The notes under the pieces were generated by a model. The model did not search any database. It was given only the letters and a program-made list of their open reading frames with translations, and was not told the origin of the DNA. 64,000 bases of DNA from contig OZ316895.1 of NCBI GenBank assembly GCA_973895155.1, positions 11,603,858 to 11,667,857 on the forward strand, written 5' to 3'. Made by a program: the position numbers and the translations under genes. Of this stretch, positions 12,001 through 24,659 are shown piece by piece (within the stretch, counting starts at the first letter, position 1; each line of letters opens with the position of its first letter). The DNA comes from Marsupella aquatica. Taxonomy: Eukaryota; Plantae; Marchantiophyta.

Positions 12001-15000
12001 TCTTGAATTTCTTAGTAAAACCAAGTTCCTAGACGATTTTGTAGAGCACACTGTACCTGAAATTCACGCCTGTAGACGTCCACAGCTGCTGCGTGAGACA
12101 GGAGTACATGATGGGCAGCAATGTACGGTGCAGTGGATGGGTTTGAAGTAATCCCCGGCGGAACGTCACCGCCAGTCCCATAGCCCTGTAGAAACTGCTG
12201 TGGTTCATTAAACGTCGTCCAAAGCGTTACTCGATCTCCAAATGCTTCGAAGCAAACTTTTGCATACGCTGCAAAGTCGACCCTGAATTGAACACCCACC
12301 CCCTCCAAAGAATTAGGATCGTTGACGGGGAACCCCGGCTCTGTCCGAGCCGCTGTTTTCGAGTATTCTGAAATAGACTGTAATATTAACTCATACCTTC
12401 AATGTAATACCCCTGGCTTACATGGGTAGACAGTATGCCAGGTGGTGCGTTTGCTAAATTGAAAGAACGATAGTAAATTACGTTTCTTGCACTGTTCAGA
12501 TATCTCTTCTCATTGTTCATGTCTACGTTTTCGGAGAAAATGTCATCCGAATACTTCATATTCCTAGTCTAATTCAGAGCAAACGATAGAATACTGCTTT
12601 AGCCTAGTATGGTACAATTTAAACCTAACATAGTCCTCAGCTTTGCTTAGTCTGGTTCTCATATGCTAAGAAGAGAAACTGAAATGCACTTACACAATCT
12701 TGGGGCTCAACCACCCTTCATAGGAGTCCTGGAGGCCTTGCGGAAGGTCCCAATGATACAACGTCACGAATGGCTTCAAACCTTCAAGACATAACAAATG
12801 TAGCAAACTTAAGAAATATGTCGGCCAAAAGCCAAGGGATGTTAGTAGTAAACAGAACGAAGTGGCTCTCCTGCTGTATTTACCATAACCCATTATCATG
12901 GTAGAATCTTCAATATTCCACAGTTATCAAATTATTTTCTACTTAGACGTGTCCTGAAAGACTGTTTTGCGTTCATAAAATTGAAAAGAATCATGCAAAG
13001 TGACTAATCTACCATCCCTTCACATACCTCTTTTGATGACAGCGTCAATTACGCGATTGTAGTATGCAACGCCCTCAGCGTTAACAACAGGGCCCGTCCC
13101 ATCTACGCATAGTCAGGTACACATAAGCCTAGAAGAATTGATCGCGAGATCTATCTTGTGATCAATTTCGGCTGGTTTCATGACCAGCCTGAAATGACGA
13201 ATCTCAAAACAGATAAACATCGAAAGACACGATCACGAAGATCCCTCTGTTGTCCATTTACACGCACAAAACTGTTTTCTTGAAGATGCGCAGTACGCAA
13301 ACAACAATCCGAGGGTATGATCTTGAAGACCACACCACTATTGCTTCCCGGGAGCCTAGCCCACATTAGTACCGGGAGCCTAGCCCATCATGCTATTCAT
13401 GGGAGCAACAAATCTCAGTTACGGTGAGTAGGTAATTGACGGAAAACGGAAATAAGATTAGCCATCTGTTTTGACACAAGCTGACATCTCTATCTGTCAC
13501 ACCTGGTCATTGGATACCTGGCAGTCTGGCTTTAAGATCACTGGTCATTTTATTAGACGCCGTCTACAGTAGTTAGTAAGGCTGACGTCATAACAAGGGA
13601 GCAATAGGTAGAGTTCAGATTGCCACCACAACTCATCCGACTCATTTCCGTGCACGTTCTCGCGACTGTAAAGGTTTGAATAAAGTACTGAAAGTAGTGA
13701 GGAGTTGCGAAGTTCAAAGGAACTACGAAGGACTACAGAGTGGAAATGAAGAGGTTTCCAATTTCACCAAATTGGACGAGGACATACGCATTAGAGGATC
13801 TTCAACCCTTACTGCGAAGGGTTTTGACCCAAACTCGTACCTAAAATGCAAAAAGCCATGTCTAAACCCATTTCTGTAGCAGCTATCCTATTGGGTTTTT
13901 TGGTTATGGGAGAGAAGACAATATACAGTTTAGACTTTTACTGGGTTTAGCCGTTGGGTTTTCAAGATTTTAATCTAAGGTGATGTGAAACTGATTTTTA
14001 GAGTGGTGTAAAATTTTACACTAAGGATTTGAGCATGACAGCTACGTACAATAAACTAAAAACAGGGTGTTGTCAGATTGGGTATATATTTCTTACAGCA
14101 ACCAAATCCAGGTATTGTCAGACTGCATAATTCGTCTTTACAAAACCAAACCTTGGAGATGGTCCAAAGACTGGAAGATATCCAGTTCGATCTTAACCTA
14201 GATCCCGCTCTTGGAGGATTAAAATTTTCTCTTTCAATCATAAAGAGTATCGTAGGACAATGCAAATTCTATTAAAACATGATCAATGGACGCAGGAGAA
14301 AAAAATAGCTGCCGAACGAGACCGCCAGATACAGTGCGGCAGCGCTTCAAACAACAAGTAGTTAGAGTCCCATTGATTTTGAACTGTTCGTAATTGGATT
14401 ACTCCGTCCGTTTCGTTTTGTAAAACAAGTACTAAAACTACTTAGGTTCTTCTGCAGGAAGTACTGTACTAGGATGACACCGACCCAACCTGATTCTTCA
14501 TTCATGCGTACGACTGTCTGCTGCTTCTGACAGGTTTTGCCGCATATGTCACATGTGATAACTAAAACGTGCATAACGGGATGTCCTGTTCAGTTATTTG
14601 AATCCGTATGATCGCGCAGCGGTACAGTTTTCGACCGGAGCGGCGGAGCTGGAGGCAGCTCATAGCCCGGGGCGTCACGCCATGGGTATCCTACAGAGTT
14701 CAGGTTCATGCAGGCGTTCCAAACTGAATCTCGGAAACTAAAACGCGAGAACTTGCAAGTCTACACTCGACACCACACTCAATGTTCCTCTCGGCCTTGC
14801 CCTGGACCATCAATTGGTCGACCTCGTGGACCTTCACGGAAACTTTAAGCCGGACTTTTAACGATTTTTAAAGCTCAGCAAGACACTACTCTATTGTTCG
14901 TCCAGAAACAAGTTTGACCAGGTATAGCCGCCCAGGTCAAACCCCAAAACTCCCATTGGAACGCAACCACTACCAGAAAGAGGAACCATTGGAAAGTCTT

Positions 15001-16316
15001 CGCCAGCTTGGTCCTTTCAATTGCTGTCTCAAACCACACCCAAAACTGAGGGGTCTAGCATCTAAAACACGATCATAGTATCAGGTGTTGGTAACAAGCT
15101 AGTTTACAATCAGCCGAAGCCTGCATGATTGAATGATGAGACCATTCCACAAGAGCACGGCGGGCGTCCCACCATCCCCTCATGGGCAACTTGGACGCAC
15201 GGTAACTGAAGGGATATGCTTTCAGGGAGTCCTTGCACACGTCTATGTGGAAAATACTTACTTGGAAATATTCTGGTCCATGCGATCGAGAATCTGTAAG
15301 AATCCATGTTCATATCGGCAACTAAATCGATGTCCTCCTGCGTTTCAATCCAATAGCTACTTTCAGTCTACGGTACTTGACAAGCAATCAGGATTAAATT
15401 ACGTGATTGGGTACGTATACGAAGAATCAATTTTGAGTATCTCGCCACTCCCCATACCTCATAACGGTGGTACTCATCACAAGCCACATCGCCAGTGTCC
15501 CCTTTACTAATATGGCCTGCATGTGCATACCACAAAGAAGCGTTGTAAGCGCGGAAAAGTTCACCCTGAACTTTAATCGCGATGGAAAACACACTGAAAG
15601 ATAAAATAAATTGATCTTCGAGGTAGCTACAGTAGTTACACTTGCAAGACTGAATTTCGCAGAAAACCTGCAGCTAGGCGCCTCCACTCCACAACTACAT
15701 ACGCACAAAGGCGACCTTGATGAAACGAGAGCTGAAATATGCCCATGGCCTGAAATATATTATGTCCAACAACAACGAAACATGCCTTACCTGGAGTGTG
15801 TGCCCACGTATCCCAAATGCTGGGTCCCTTACCACCCTCCGAGGCACCTCCTTCAACCTATAATTCATGACCGGATGAGAAAAGGAAATTTGTAGTTTAT
15901 AGTTTACCAAGAAGCAACATCCATGCTCAATTTTCTTCCCTTGACCGATTATTTAGTTAAGACTGAGTGCAGCGAATAGTTGCCAGTCGAAAAGGAATCT
16001 AATTAACTTTCCAGAACGTGAGTGACAGTCAAGTATGGAATCGCTGCTTGTCATATAATTGCAAATACTTCGTGTTTTTCGGAATGCGTCAGAGTAATCA
16101 AAAGAATAAACGTACCTGATAAGCGGAACTGCCAACACCGAAGATGAAATCTGTGGGAAATTGAGATCTTATAGCTCCAGGACTCGTAGGAAGGATGAGC
16201 CGATCGACAGAGCCCTGGGGCAGGCTTCCCAACGCTTGCGAAGAAAGCAAGGCAAGAATGTGCAGCACGATAGAGAAGCTTGAGGCAACTCGTGGTAGCT
16301 TCCCACGCACTGCCAT
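9079..16316 (-). CDS. BGLU: GH1 beta-glucosidase paralog A, 13 exons, 515 aa
   Basis: Exons 16116-16316, 15791-15857, 15458-15516, 15262-15337, 13028-13102, 12694-12781, 12057-12282, 11140-11255, 10663-10883, 10220-10251, 9765-9864, 9443-9545, 9079-9262; all GT-AG, 1548 nt in frame. Motifs [32 protein letters not shown] (acid/base), GLNYYT, VTEDG (nucleophile), [12 protein letters not shown]. The N-terminus is hydrophobic, suggesting a signal peptide. Confidence 0.95.
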
Positions 16317-17648
16317 TGCCGCTACACTCTGGAAGGTGTCTTGGATTCAGGGTCCAGCTTCAATTTAAAGCAGCAGCACCAAATTAAACTCGTGAATCTG
16401 TCCACAATCTGCGAACGTTCAGAAAATAGGAGAGATGCACATAGTCAGCCTATGTATAATGACACGCGCAATTACCATCTTGCACAGATCCATGCATATG
16501 ATACCCTTCATGGAGTCGTGAACGAGAACGGGATCTGCCTTGATATCCAGCTCACTCGCTGGATGTAAATGACTACCCAGACAATCTTCGGTCAGAGTAG
16601 ACGATATCCAGCTCACTCGCTGGATCTAAATGACTACCCGGATCGACGATCTTCGGCCAGGGTAGACATCATAAATCCTGGAATTTTGACTGTCTTCAAT
16701 GAGGCACCTATCGGAATTTCGGAGCACAGTGGTTGTGATCCGTGACAGTGTACTTCGCATTCACGGCTTCATCTCTAAACGAAATTCATGCATGGGATAT
16801 AAGCATCGATTAGTTATTCAATTTATTCTCTATGATAATGTCGCCTTGCTAGCTTCAGTGTCCTTCAAGTTTTAGTAAAATGCAATGAGGATCTCTACGC
16901 ATTCAATCTCTCGAGGGAGGAACTTGAAGATCATCACAGTTGGCGATTCAAACGGCTGCGACCTACTTCCTGCTTCCGTGCGGTGCAGTACATGTATCCT
17001 ACCGGTGTGTTCTTTCGACAGACGCTGGTCCTCTTCACGGCTGTGGACACGGCTCTTCAACTGCATTTGGCGAACTGGCCAACCAAGGAATTCGTCCACG
17101 CCCAGTAGCAGCTGATTGCGGTTCAACAAAGCGTGAGATAGGCTTCGTCAGTGTCGGTATTTAAACCAACAAATGGATCAGAGAAGGTGAATCCTCCGCT
17201 TAGAAGTGCACGTTATTTTATTGCAAGGAAAGCGTAGGGGTCAAACTCAGTTGGGCATGATTCTCATTGGAGACTCTACAGTCCTGATCGGCTGATCCAT
17301 GTCATGCGTCACGTGCTGTGCATCTGGCATCGCGTGATATGACAAGCATTGTGTTCTCGGATGGGGTCCTCGTTACCATGACTACTCTCTGGCTTCCGCT
17401 GCAAGACTTCAAGGTCAATTACGTTATTTTCTTAAATCAATGAGTGCACTCTTTATATTACCGCGCTTTGATTGTGTGATTACAGATTTGATGTGTGATT
17501 ACCGGCAGGGCTCTTGACCTTCTCAGGTTGGAAGAATGTCTTTTATTTTGCCTTAGAAATATTTTTTTTGACACTAAGTTACAAAAAAAGCTGTTAAGAG
17601 AATATAGCTGCCTTGGGAGTACAGGGTCAACAAAATAAATTTATTTAT

Positions 17649-18010
17649 AAGGGAATGTTATTATATCCAGGATCTACAACAAAGCGTTAGGGGCCTAGTT
17701 TTGGTATCATTGGAAAGCTAATTTGTAGTATTATGGAATAATCCTGGAAAATTGTACCAAAAAGTCGTCCTGAAACTCGATATTGACTCAGGTATGGGCT
17801 AAAATCCACCTCAAGGGGTTTGTGAACATGCCAGAATGAGTTATCCAAGTATAAATTTCAAAATCAATTTTTGAAAAGGACACAACATTTTTTGCTTTCA
17901 TACACTTAGAGAGAACTTTTCTAGAGCTTTCTCATGGTACCAAGATTGCAAACAAACATTTTGTTGGGTGGGAGATTTCAACCGGAGAACTCCTTGTTTG
18001 ATGGGCTAAA
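17649..18010. repeat. Dispersed repeat / non-autonomous element fragment, copy 1
   Basis: Colinear similarity with 45327-45680 (CCAGGATCTACAACA, TTGGTATCATTGGAAAG, TGGTACCAAGATTGCAAACAAACA, GGGAGATTT). Confidence 0.75.
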
Positions 18011-18492
18011 GCTAGTACCAACATCAAACCAAAGATTGTAAAATGAAAGGAAATGTATTACTTACATTCCCCAAGTATATGCTACATTTATTTGTGAAAC
18101 AGTCAGCCACTGTCCTGGATGAACTGGCAGCAGAGGATTTGAGCCCATCCTCAAAACCAATTGCCAGATGAATCACTGCTGGAGGAAACAACAGGAAAAA
18201 CAACTGCCAGTCAAGCTGGATATTAATAGAGACACGCCGCATTGAGTCAACTACTTTGGAAAGTAACGAGTCAACAGTGAAGTGCTATCAGTGCGGTCCA
18301 GCATATATTTATTTATTTAAGCAAGGAAGGAAGGAACTACGGAAGGTCAACAGATGTCGAGTATGGCGGCCGCGAAACTAACATGGTAGTTTTGAACCCA
18401 AGTGCCGGACAGTCCTCCATAGTAAACTCATTCGCAGCACCTTACAACTCTCAAGTACACAGTAGGGGATGGGAGGACCGCATCGCTCCTGG

Positions 18493-18612
18493 GGTGGAAG
18501 ACTGAAGTGGAAGAGGCCATGATCCAAATATGAAAAATGTGTACCGTACGTGCGCGGTGGAAGACTGAAGTGGAAGAGGCCATGATCCAAAATTAAAAAA
18601 ATGTGTACAGTA
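18493..18612. repeat. Tandem duplication, 63-bp period
   Basis: GGTGGAAGACTGAAGTGGAAGAGGCCATGATCCAAA at 18493 and 18556. Confidence 0.85.
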
Positions 18613-18949
18613 AAGAGCTGCAGCTGACTTTGTGGACTTCCGCGATAAGATATGTCAGAGGATAGAGTGTTCGCCTGTTCGGGGCTAGGACATGAGTTCC
18701 ACGGTTGAGACTTGGAGTATGCTCGGACTTGAAGTTCGAGAGCTCGTCTCGTGTCGAGTTATGACGAAGTCCATGGTCAAGCACCGCCCATACGGTAAGT
18801 TTGCGGCATCCGTAAGTGATTGCCCACGCAGGGATTGTCTGTGTGCAACTGGGCAACAGTACAAGATGCTCCCATGAGCACATATCGATACATTTATTAC
18901 ACTGGAACTGCACACGTTCTTTTCCCCTTGGAAATCCAGATTGTCCATC

Positions 18950-20937
18950 AGAAGCGTTAAGTGTACATCACGATAATGCTCCGCCATTTTCCTGGGCCCA
19001 GTACGCACCAGTCCTAGTCCCACCCCGAGTTAAATCTACATCAAGTTAATGCTCCCCCACTTCCCCGGGGCGCCGTACACTGCTGCCCGTCCCAGTCCTC
19101 GATGCTGCTGCCCGCTTCGGCCCAAGTTTGGCAGAACATAAACCAATATTCTACAATTTAAATCATGCGCTCCGGTACAATTAACTTTGCGCCATCGACT
19201 TCAGGTTTATGTTTTGGCACCCAAAATGTTTTGTCGGCCGCTCCGGCCCGATTGACTTTGTGCCATCAACTTTTTGGAAGAAGTGTTGCCAAAACATAAA
19301 CCACCACTCCATAAAGAATAAATATTTGGCACAACATAAACCAAGACTCTATCAGTCATGACTCTCAACCAAAGTATTAGGCTCCCCTTGAACATTGAGA
19401 CTCTATTACAAAATAGGTATGACTCCATTGGAAAGAAATGTTGACAGAACATAAACCTTTCCATCGAGAAGAAGCATTTGGAAAAACATCTACCAAGACT
19501 CTAGAATCACGACTCTTAACCAGAATACTAGGTTGTGCCTAAACACTTAGACAATGTACCAAACAAGCATGACTCCCTTGGAAAGAAGTGTTGCCAAAAA
19601 ATTAATCACAACTCCATAGAGAATAAGTATTTGGCACAACATAAACCAATACTTTATAAATCATGACTCTTAACCAAAGTACTAGGTTTGCCCTGAACAC
19701 TTAGACTCTGTTGGAAAGAAGTGTTGCCAGAACATAAACCAAGACTCCACAAGGAATAAATCGATGACACAAACTTAAGTCGTTAGGAGCAAGCGAAGGT
19801 GCCAAAACATAAACCCAAAGTCGATGACCCAAAGTTTATCGGGTCGGAGCGCTTGACAAAATGGTAGAGTATTGGCTTATGTTCTGCCAAACTTGGGCCG
19901 GAGCGGGTAGCAACATCGGGGACTGGGACGGGCAGTGTACGGCGCCCTGGGGAAGTGGGGGAGCATTAACGTGATGTAGATTTAACTCGGGGTCTAGTCC
20001 CCCATGCTCTTGCCCACTCGGCCAAAGGTTTGTCAAACAGAAACCAAGATAGCCCACTTTGTCACCCGTTCCGCCCGATCAACTTTATGTCATCAATGTC
20101 ATGGTTCCCCATGCTGTTGCCAACTCCGGCCAAAGGTTTGTCAAAGATAAACCAAGATAGACCATTTTGTCACCCACTCCGGCCCGATCAACTTTATGCT
20201 ATCAACTTCTTCCTTGTGTGGTTGTGGTTTATGTTCTGGCAACACTTCTTTCTAACAAAGTCATACTTGCTCCATAAGTGAGTCTAAGTGTTGCAGAGCT
20301 AACTAGTACATTGGTTAAGAGTCATGCATGATGATTTGATAGAGTCTTGGTTGATGTTTTGTCAAATGCTTTTCTCTATGGAGTCATGGTTTATGTTTAG
20401 TCAACAAGTCTTTCCAAGTCATGCTTGCTTTGTAACAGAATCTAAGTGTTGCATAGCCTAGTACTTTGGTTAATTAAGAGTCATAATTGATAGAGTCTTG
20501 GTTGATGTTCTACCAAATACTTCTTCCCTATATATGGAGTTGTGGTTTATGTTCTGTGGACACTTCTTTCTGATAGAGTCATGCCTGTTTAGTAGTAAAA
20601 TATAAATGCTTAGGCAACGCCTAATACTTTAGATATTAAAAGTTATAATTAATGAGAGTCTTGGTTTTGTTTTGGCAAACTGGGGCCAGAGCAAGCAAAA
20701 GTGTTAGGGACTTGGGCCGGAGCGGGAGATAGCAAGTGAAGGGTGCCAGAATGTAAACCCAAGGTCGATGGCACAAAGTTAATCGGGCCAAAGCAGGTGA
20801 CAAAATGATAAAGTTTTGGATATGTTTTGGCAAACTTGGGCCGGGGCAGGCAGTAGCATAAGGGATAGGGACAGGCAGTGTAAAGGGCCCTAGGAAAATG
20901 GGGGAACATTAATGCATTTTAAATTTAACGTGCGGTC
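18950..20937. mobile_element. Older long-TIR non-autonomous element that hosts the nested 19022-19993 copy
   Basis: Left end CGTTAAG...ATAATGCTCCGCCATTTTCCTGGGCCC is inverted relative to right end GGGCCCTAGGAAAATGGGGGAACATTAAT...TTAACG. Internal degenerate repeats match those of the inner element. Exact ends are uncertain. Confidence 0.6.
19022..19993. mobile_element. Non-autonomous long-TIR DNA transposon (foldback/MULE-like) with 8-bp TSD
   Basis: ~200-bp TIRs (19022-19221 and 19798-19993) begin ACCCCGAGTTAAATCTACATCA. Perfect TSD CTAGTCCC at 19014-19021 and 19994-20001. No coding capacity. Confidence 0.88.
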
Positions 20938-22711
20938 ATCAAGATGCATCTATCCACTTATTACTACAGGGCAAGGGGCACTATTTCTTGTCCCTTTGGA
21001 AATCCAGATTTATACATATAAAAAAGGGAACATATTAATAAGTGGAGGGAGGCCCACTCCAACTAGGGTACTCTGGCTACGGCACTTTCCAGGCAGGAAG
21101 TAAATGCACCTTAGTTTGCTTTCCCTTGGAAATCTAGACTAAACATCAAGCAGGTCCAATGAGCCTAATATAGTCAAAATTTCATTGTGAATTGAGATAC
21201 CTACAAACTACTTCCAAAGATGACTGTATGGTCTTTTTGTCACATTTCGATCACTCTCAGAATCATACGTCCTACATGAGATGAAGCGATCGCAATGGAC
21301 TAGTGACTAGAATATCGCCAGATTTAACTACCTTTCAGAGTATTTTACTTTTGGTTGCTTCGTAATCATTAGTCATTCTTTAATGAAATTCCCATAGTTT
21401 CCAGAACCCAAAAACATATCAGCACATTGAGGATTTGGTTGGAGCACAAATTGTCTCTCGCTTTAGCACGGACAAATAGTCAGAGAACGCGGGGAGAGTA
21501 GATGTCACGTTAGTGAAATGCTGGGAAAGTTCCGGAAGCAAGTACCCAATGACCAATATATAACCAAAGTTTCGTACGCGTGCAGTATGTGGGCCAGAAA
21601 GTAATATTTATCCAAATTCTTCTTCAATCGAGGACGTGTAGAGAGCCATAGCGATTGCAAAGTTTTTTCTCGCTTTTTCAAAGTGAAACCTGAAGCCCCG
21701 CAACTGGCTTGAGGGGAAAACTATTGCAAAGGCCTGGAGTCCTTTAAACATCGTGAAGGATTCTGGCCGATGATTCTGCTCCACTCCCGCGTTGACGGAC
21801 TCCCACTTGCAATTCGGTCATTTGCAAAGTAACGAGCTTCCTAGCTAGCAGGATTCCTTTCTTCCTGTAGAGTGAACCAACAGAGACCTATCACAATAGA
21901 TCTCTGTACTGCTGCAGGAATAGTTCTCTTTTCTCAGTGTGCTTGTGATCGCTCAAAATTACCTGTAGTAGTATTTAGCCTTGATTTATATCGTACGTGG
22001 GTGTTTGGTTGTTACATTGAATTATTATCCAACCATGATCGAATCCGGATAGCACCTGCCAAGTGAACCATGAAGAGAGCTCGCTCTGCCAGTAGTGGTG
22101 TAGCTGTACCTGGCCTGCAGCTGTGACCATCGCTTGCTCATAATTGTCCACCACCTTACAACATCCCTTCAAAGCCGTGGCAGCGTTGCCACACAGTCCT
22201 CTTCTCACAACTTCCGAGTTCCCACAGATCGTCGATGCGGCAAAGGGACGGCACCTGCACCGGTCTGAATACCTCAAATAATTACATTTCGCTCCTGGTA
22301 TGTCAGCTTATTATATACCATTTTGCAATTTGCAGAAAATTGCGCACTATATGTCATAACGACCGAACTTTACCATAGACTAGAATCTGACGTGGTGTGA
22401 GGGACATACTAACGTTGCTTACATTTTTTTGTTTTTCGTTGTTTCCTTTGCTTTTGGCCAGAATGGATTCACACAAAGGCTGTCGTTATGAGAGAAGAGA
22501 TTAACTGAACGACAATCTCAAGCTAGTAGAGTTCCACTGTTTCTTTGAAACTTTTCCGCGCGGGCGGATTGAGATCGACGGTTTCATTCTCGTTGTTTGC
22601 CTCGACCGCATCTGATTCAATCAGATTGGCTTAGATGAGCAACTACTTTCATCTACGGAACTAGATTCTCCACTGTACGTATAGTGAAAGTTTTTGCCGC
22701 TTGATGTATTG

Positions 22712-23188
22712 TGATCCATTATTTTTCTACACTCACTTCTATGAGTAACCTGTTCACCATTTAATAGTGTATAGTATCTCCTTTGTATTTTAGTGATTAT
22801 TGACATATCCTGGTCTATTATTTTTCTGCACCCACTTCTAGGAGTGTTCACCATTTAATAGTGGACTGCACCTCCTTTCGATTTGAGTGATTATTGACAT
22901 ATTCTGATCCATTATTTTTTTACACTCACTTCTGAGAGTAACTTGTTCACCATTTAATAGTGTACTGTCTCTGGATTTTAGTGATTATTGACATACTCTG
23001 ATCCAGAGTAACGTGTTCACCATTTAATAGTTTTTTTCTTTTTCACCATTTAATAGTGTACTGTACCTCTAGGTTTTAGTGATTATTGGCATATTCCGAT
23101 CCATTATTTTTCTACACTCACTTGTACCAGTAAGGTGTTCATCATTAATAGTATATTGTACCTCCTTTGGATTTTAGTGATTATTGAC
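22712..23188. repeat. Degenerate AT-rich tandem repeat (~90-100 bp unit, 5-6 copies)
   Basis: Recurring TGTTCACCATTTAATAGTG, TTTTAGTGATTATTGACAT and GATCCATTATTTTT..TACACTCACTT. Confidence 0.85.
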
Positions 23189-23214
23189 AGTAGAACTGCT
23201 ACAACCGGTTCTCC

Positions 23215-23730
23215 TCCCGGAATCAAAAAAAGTTCTGAGGGTTACTAGAGGCGCTAAACCCCACATTTGGGGGACCATGTGTGTAGACTCTGCTTGGAAA
23301 CCCCACTTTTGGGGGCATTCTCTGATTAGACTCGGTTCCACGAATAAAAAAAAGTTGAGTGTCACTAGAGGCTGCTAAACCCCACTTTTGGGGGATCACT
23401 AGAGGCTACTCTGCTGGAATCAAAAAAAGTTCTCAGTGTGAGTGTGAACCCCACTTTTGGGAAGGTTGTGTGTTAAAAAGCTCCCGGTGAGCTTCGAATC
23501 CTGCACCTGAGTAGCCCCAGTCTCGAGTTCTACCAATAGCCCATGGGTACACCTGAGTAGCCCCATTCTCGAGTTCTACCAATAGCCCATGGGCTCGGAT
23601 ATCCAAACCTGATTTTGATAGAATCTTAGTTTTATTTTGCCGGCATCGAACCAGCAACTACCGACGGGCTCCTGATTTTTATAGAATCTTAGTTTTATTT
23701 TGCGGGCATCGAACCTGCAACTACCGGCTA
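23215..23730. repeat. Cluster of short tandem duplications
   Basis: AAACCCCACTTTTGGGGG and GGAATCAAAAAAAGTTCT repeats (23219-23462); CACCTGAGTAGCCCCA.TCTCGAGTTCTACCAATAGCCCATGGG x2 (23504, 23550); CCTGATTTT.ATAGAATCTTAGTTTTATTTTGC x2 (23608, 23671). Confidence 0.8.
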
Positions 23731-24257
23731 CCGGCAGCCGAGTGATTGGTTTCGAATTGGACTGGATATGACAAAGTATCAAACTGTCCAACTCGAAGAT
23801 AAACATAGTTACAAATACATGGGGTGAAATGTCTCGGCACTTTTGACGTCTACCCTGCAGCGCGGACAAAGTAGACAGGCGGCGTCTACAGCAGTAATTA
23901 GCGGTGGCTGGCCCTGTGTTTCCCGTGCGGGTTCGTAGATGGGGACCCTGTCAACTTGTTATCCACTCTGGCAGGGATCGTATCACATCCAAATCCCAAA
24001 GGAATGAGCACCACTTCGTCTGAAAAGCCAAACAAGGCCAAATACGGAGTTTTCCTGTTTCGAGCCTCATTGAAATTGAAAAAGTAACGTTCCAAATTTC
24101 GTAGACTTTACATTGGGAATAAAGAAAATGAAAATCTGACCCAACAAGAAAGTCAAGTGACAATCGTCAACTGAGCTGGCTTTTCATACACATCGTGCCA
24201 GGGAGTTAGTTAGATATATATTACTAGCCCCATGCCCGTGCGTTGCACGAAAGACTT

Positions 24258-24570
24258 TGAGTGAGGGCAAGATTTCGAGTGAGGGCAAGATGTCGAAGTG
24301 AGAGCAAGATTTCGAGTGAGGGCAAGATGTCAAGGTGAGGGCAAGATGTCGAGGTGAGTGCAAGATTTGGAGGTGAGGGCAAGATGTTGAGTTGAGGGCA
24401 AGATTTGTAAGTGAGGGCAAGATGTTGAGGTGAGTGCAAGATTTGGAGGTGAGAGCAAGATATCGAAGTGAGGGCAAGATGTCAAAATGAGAGCAGGATG
24501 TCGAGGTGAGGGCAAGATGTTGAGATGAGAGCAAGTTAGATGTTCAGGTGAGGGTAAGATTTTGAGGCGA
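24258..24570. repeat. Minisatellite (18-19 bp GAGGGCAAGATGTCGAGGT-like unit, ~16 copies) in the Helitron 3' region
   Basis: GAG(G/A/T)GCAAGAT recurs with 18-19 bp periodicity. Confidence 0.92.
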
Positions 24571-24659
24571 GGCAAACATGGTTGTGCATTGCAAACATAT
24601 AATTCAGGCAAAAAGTCAAAGAGATTAATACAAAAGTGATACAATATTTATTCAAGTGT

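Noticed and set aside
24184-24644. Repetitive ORFs (HLALTS.SC...) and a CRISPR-like periodicity
   Set aside because: These are translations of an 18-19-bp minisatellite with no unique spacers, in a eukaryotic context with no cas genes.
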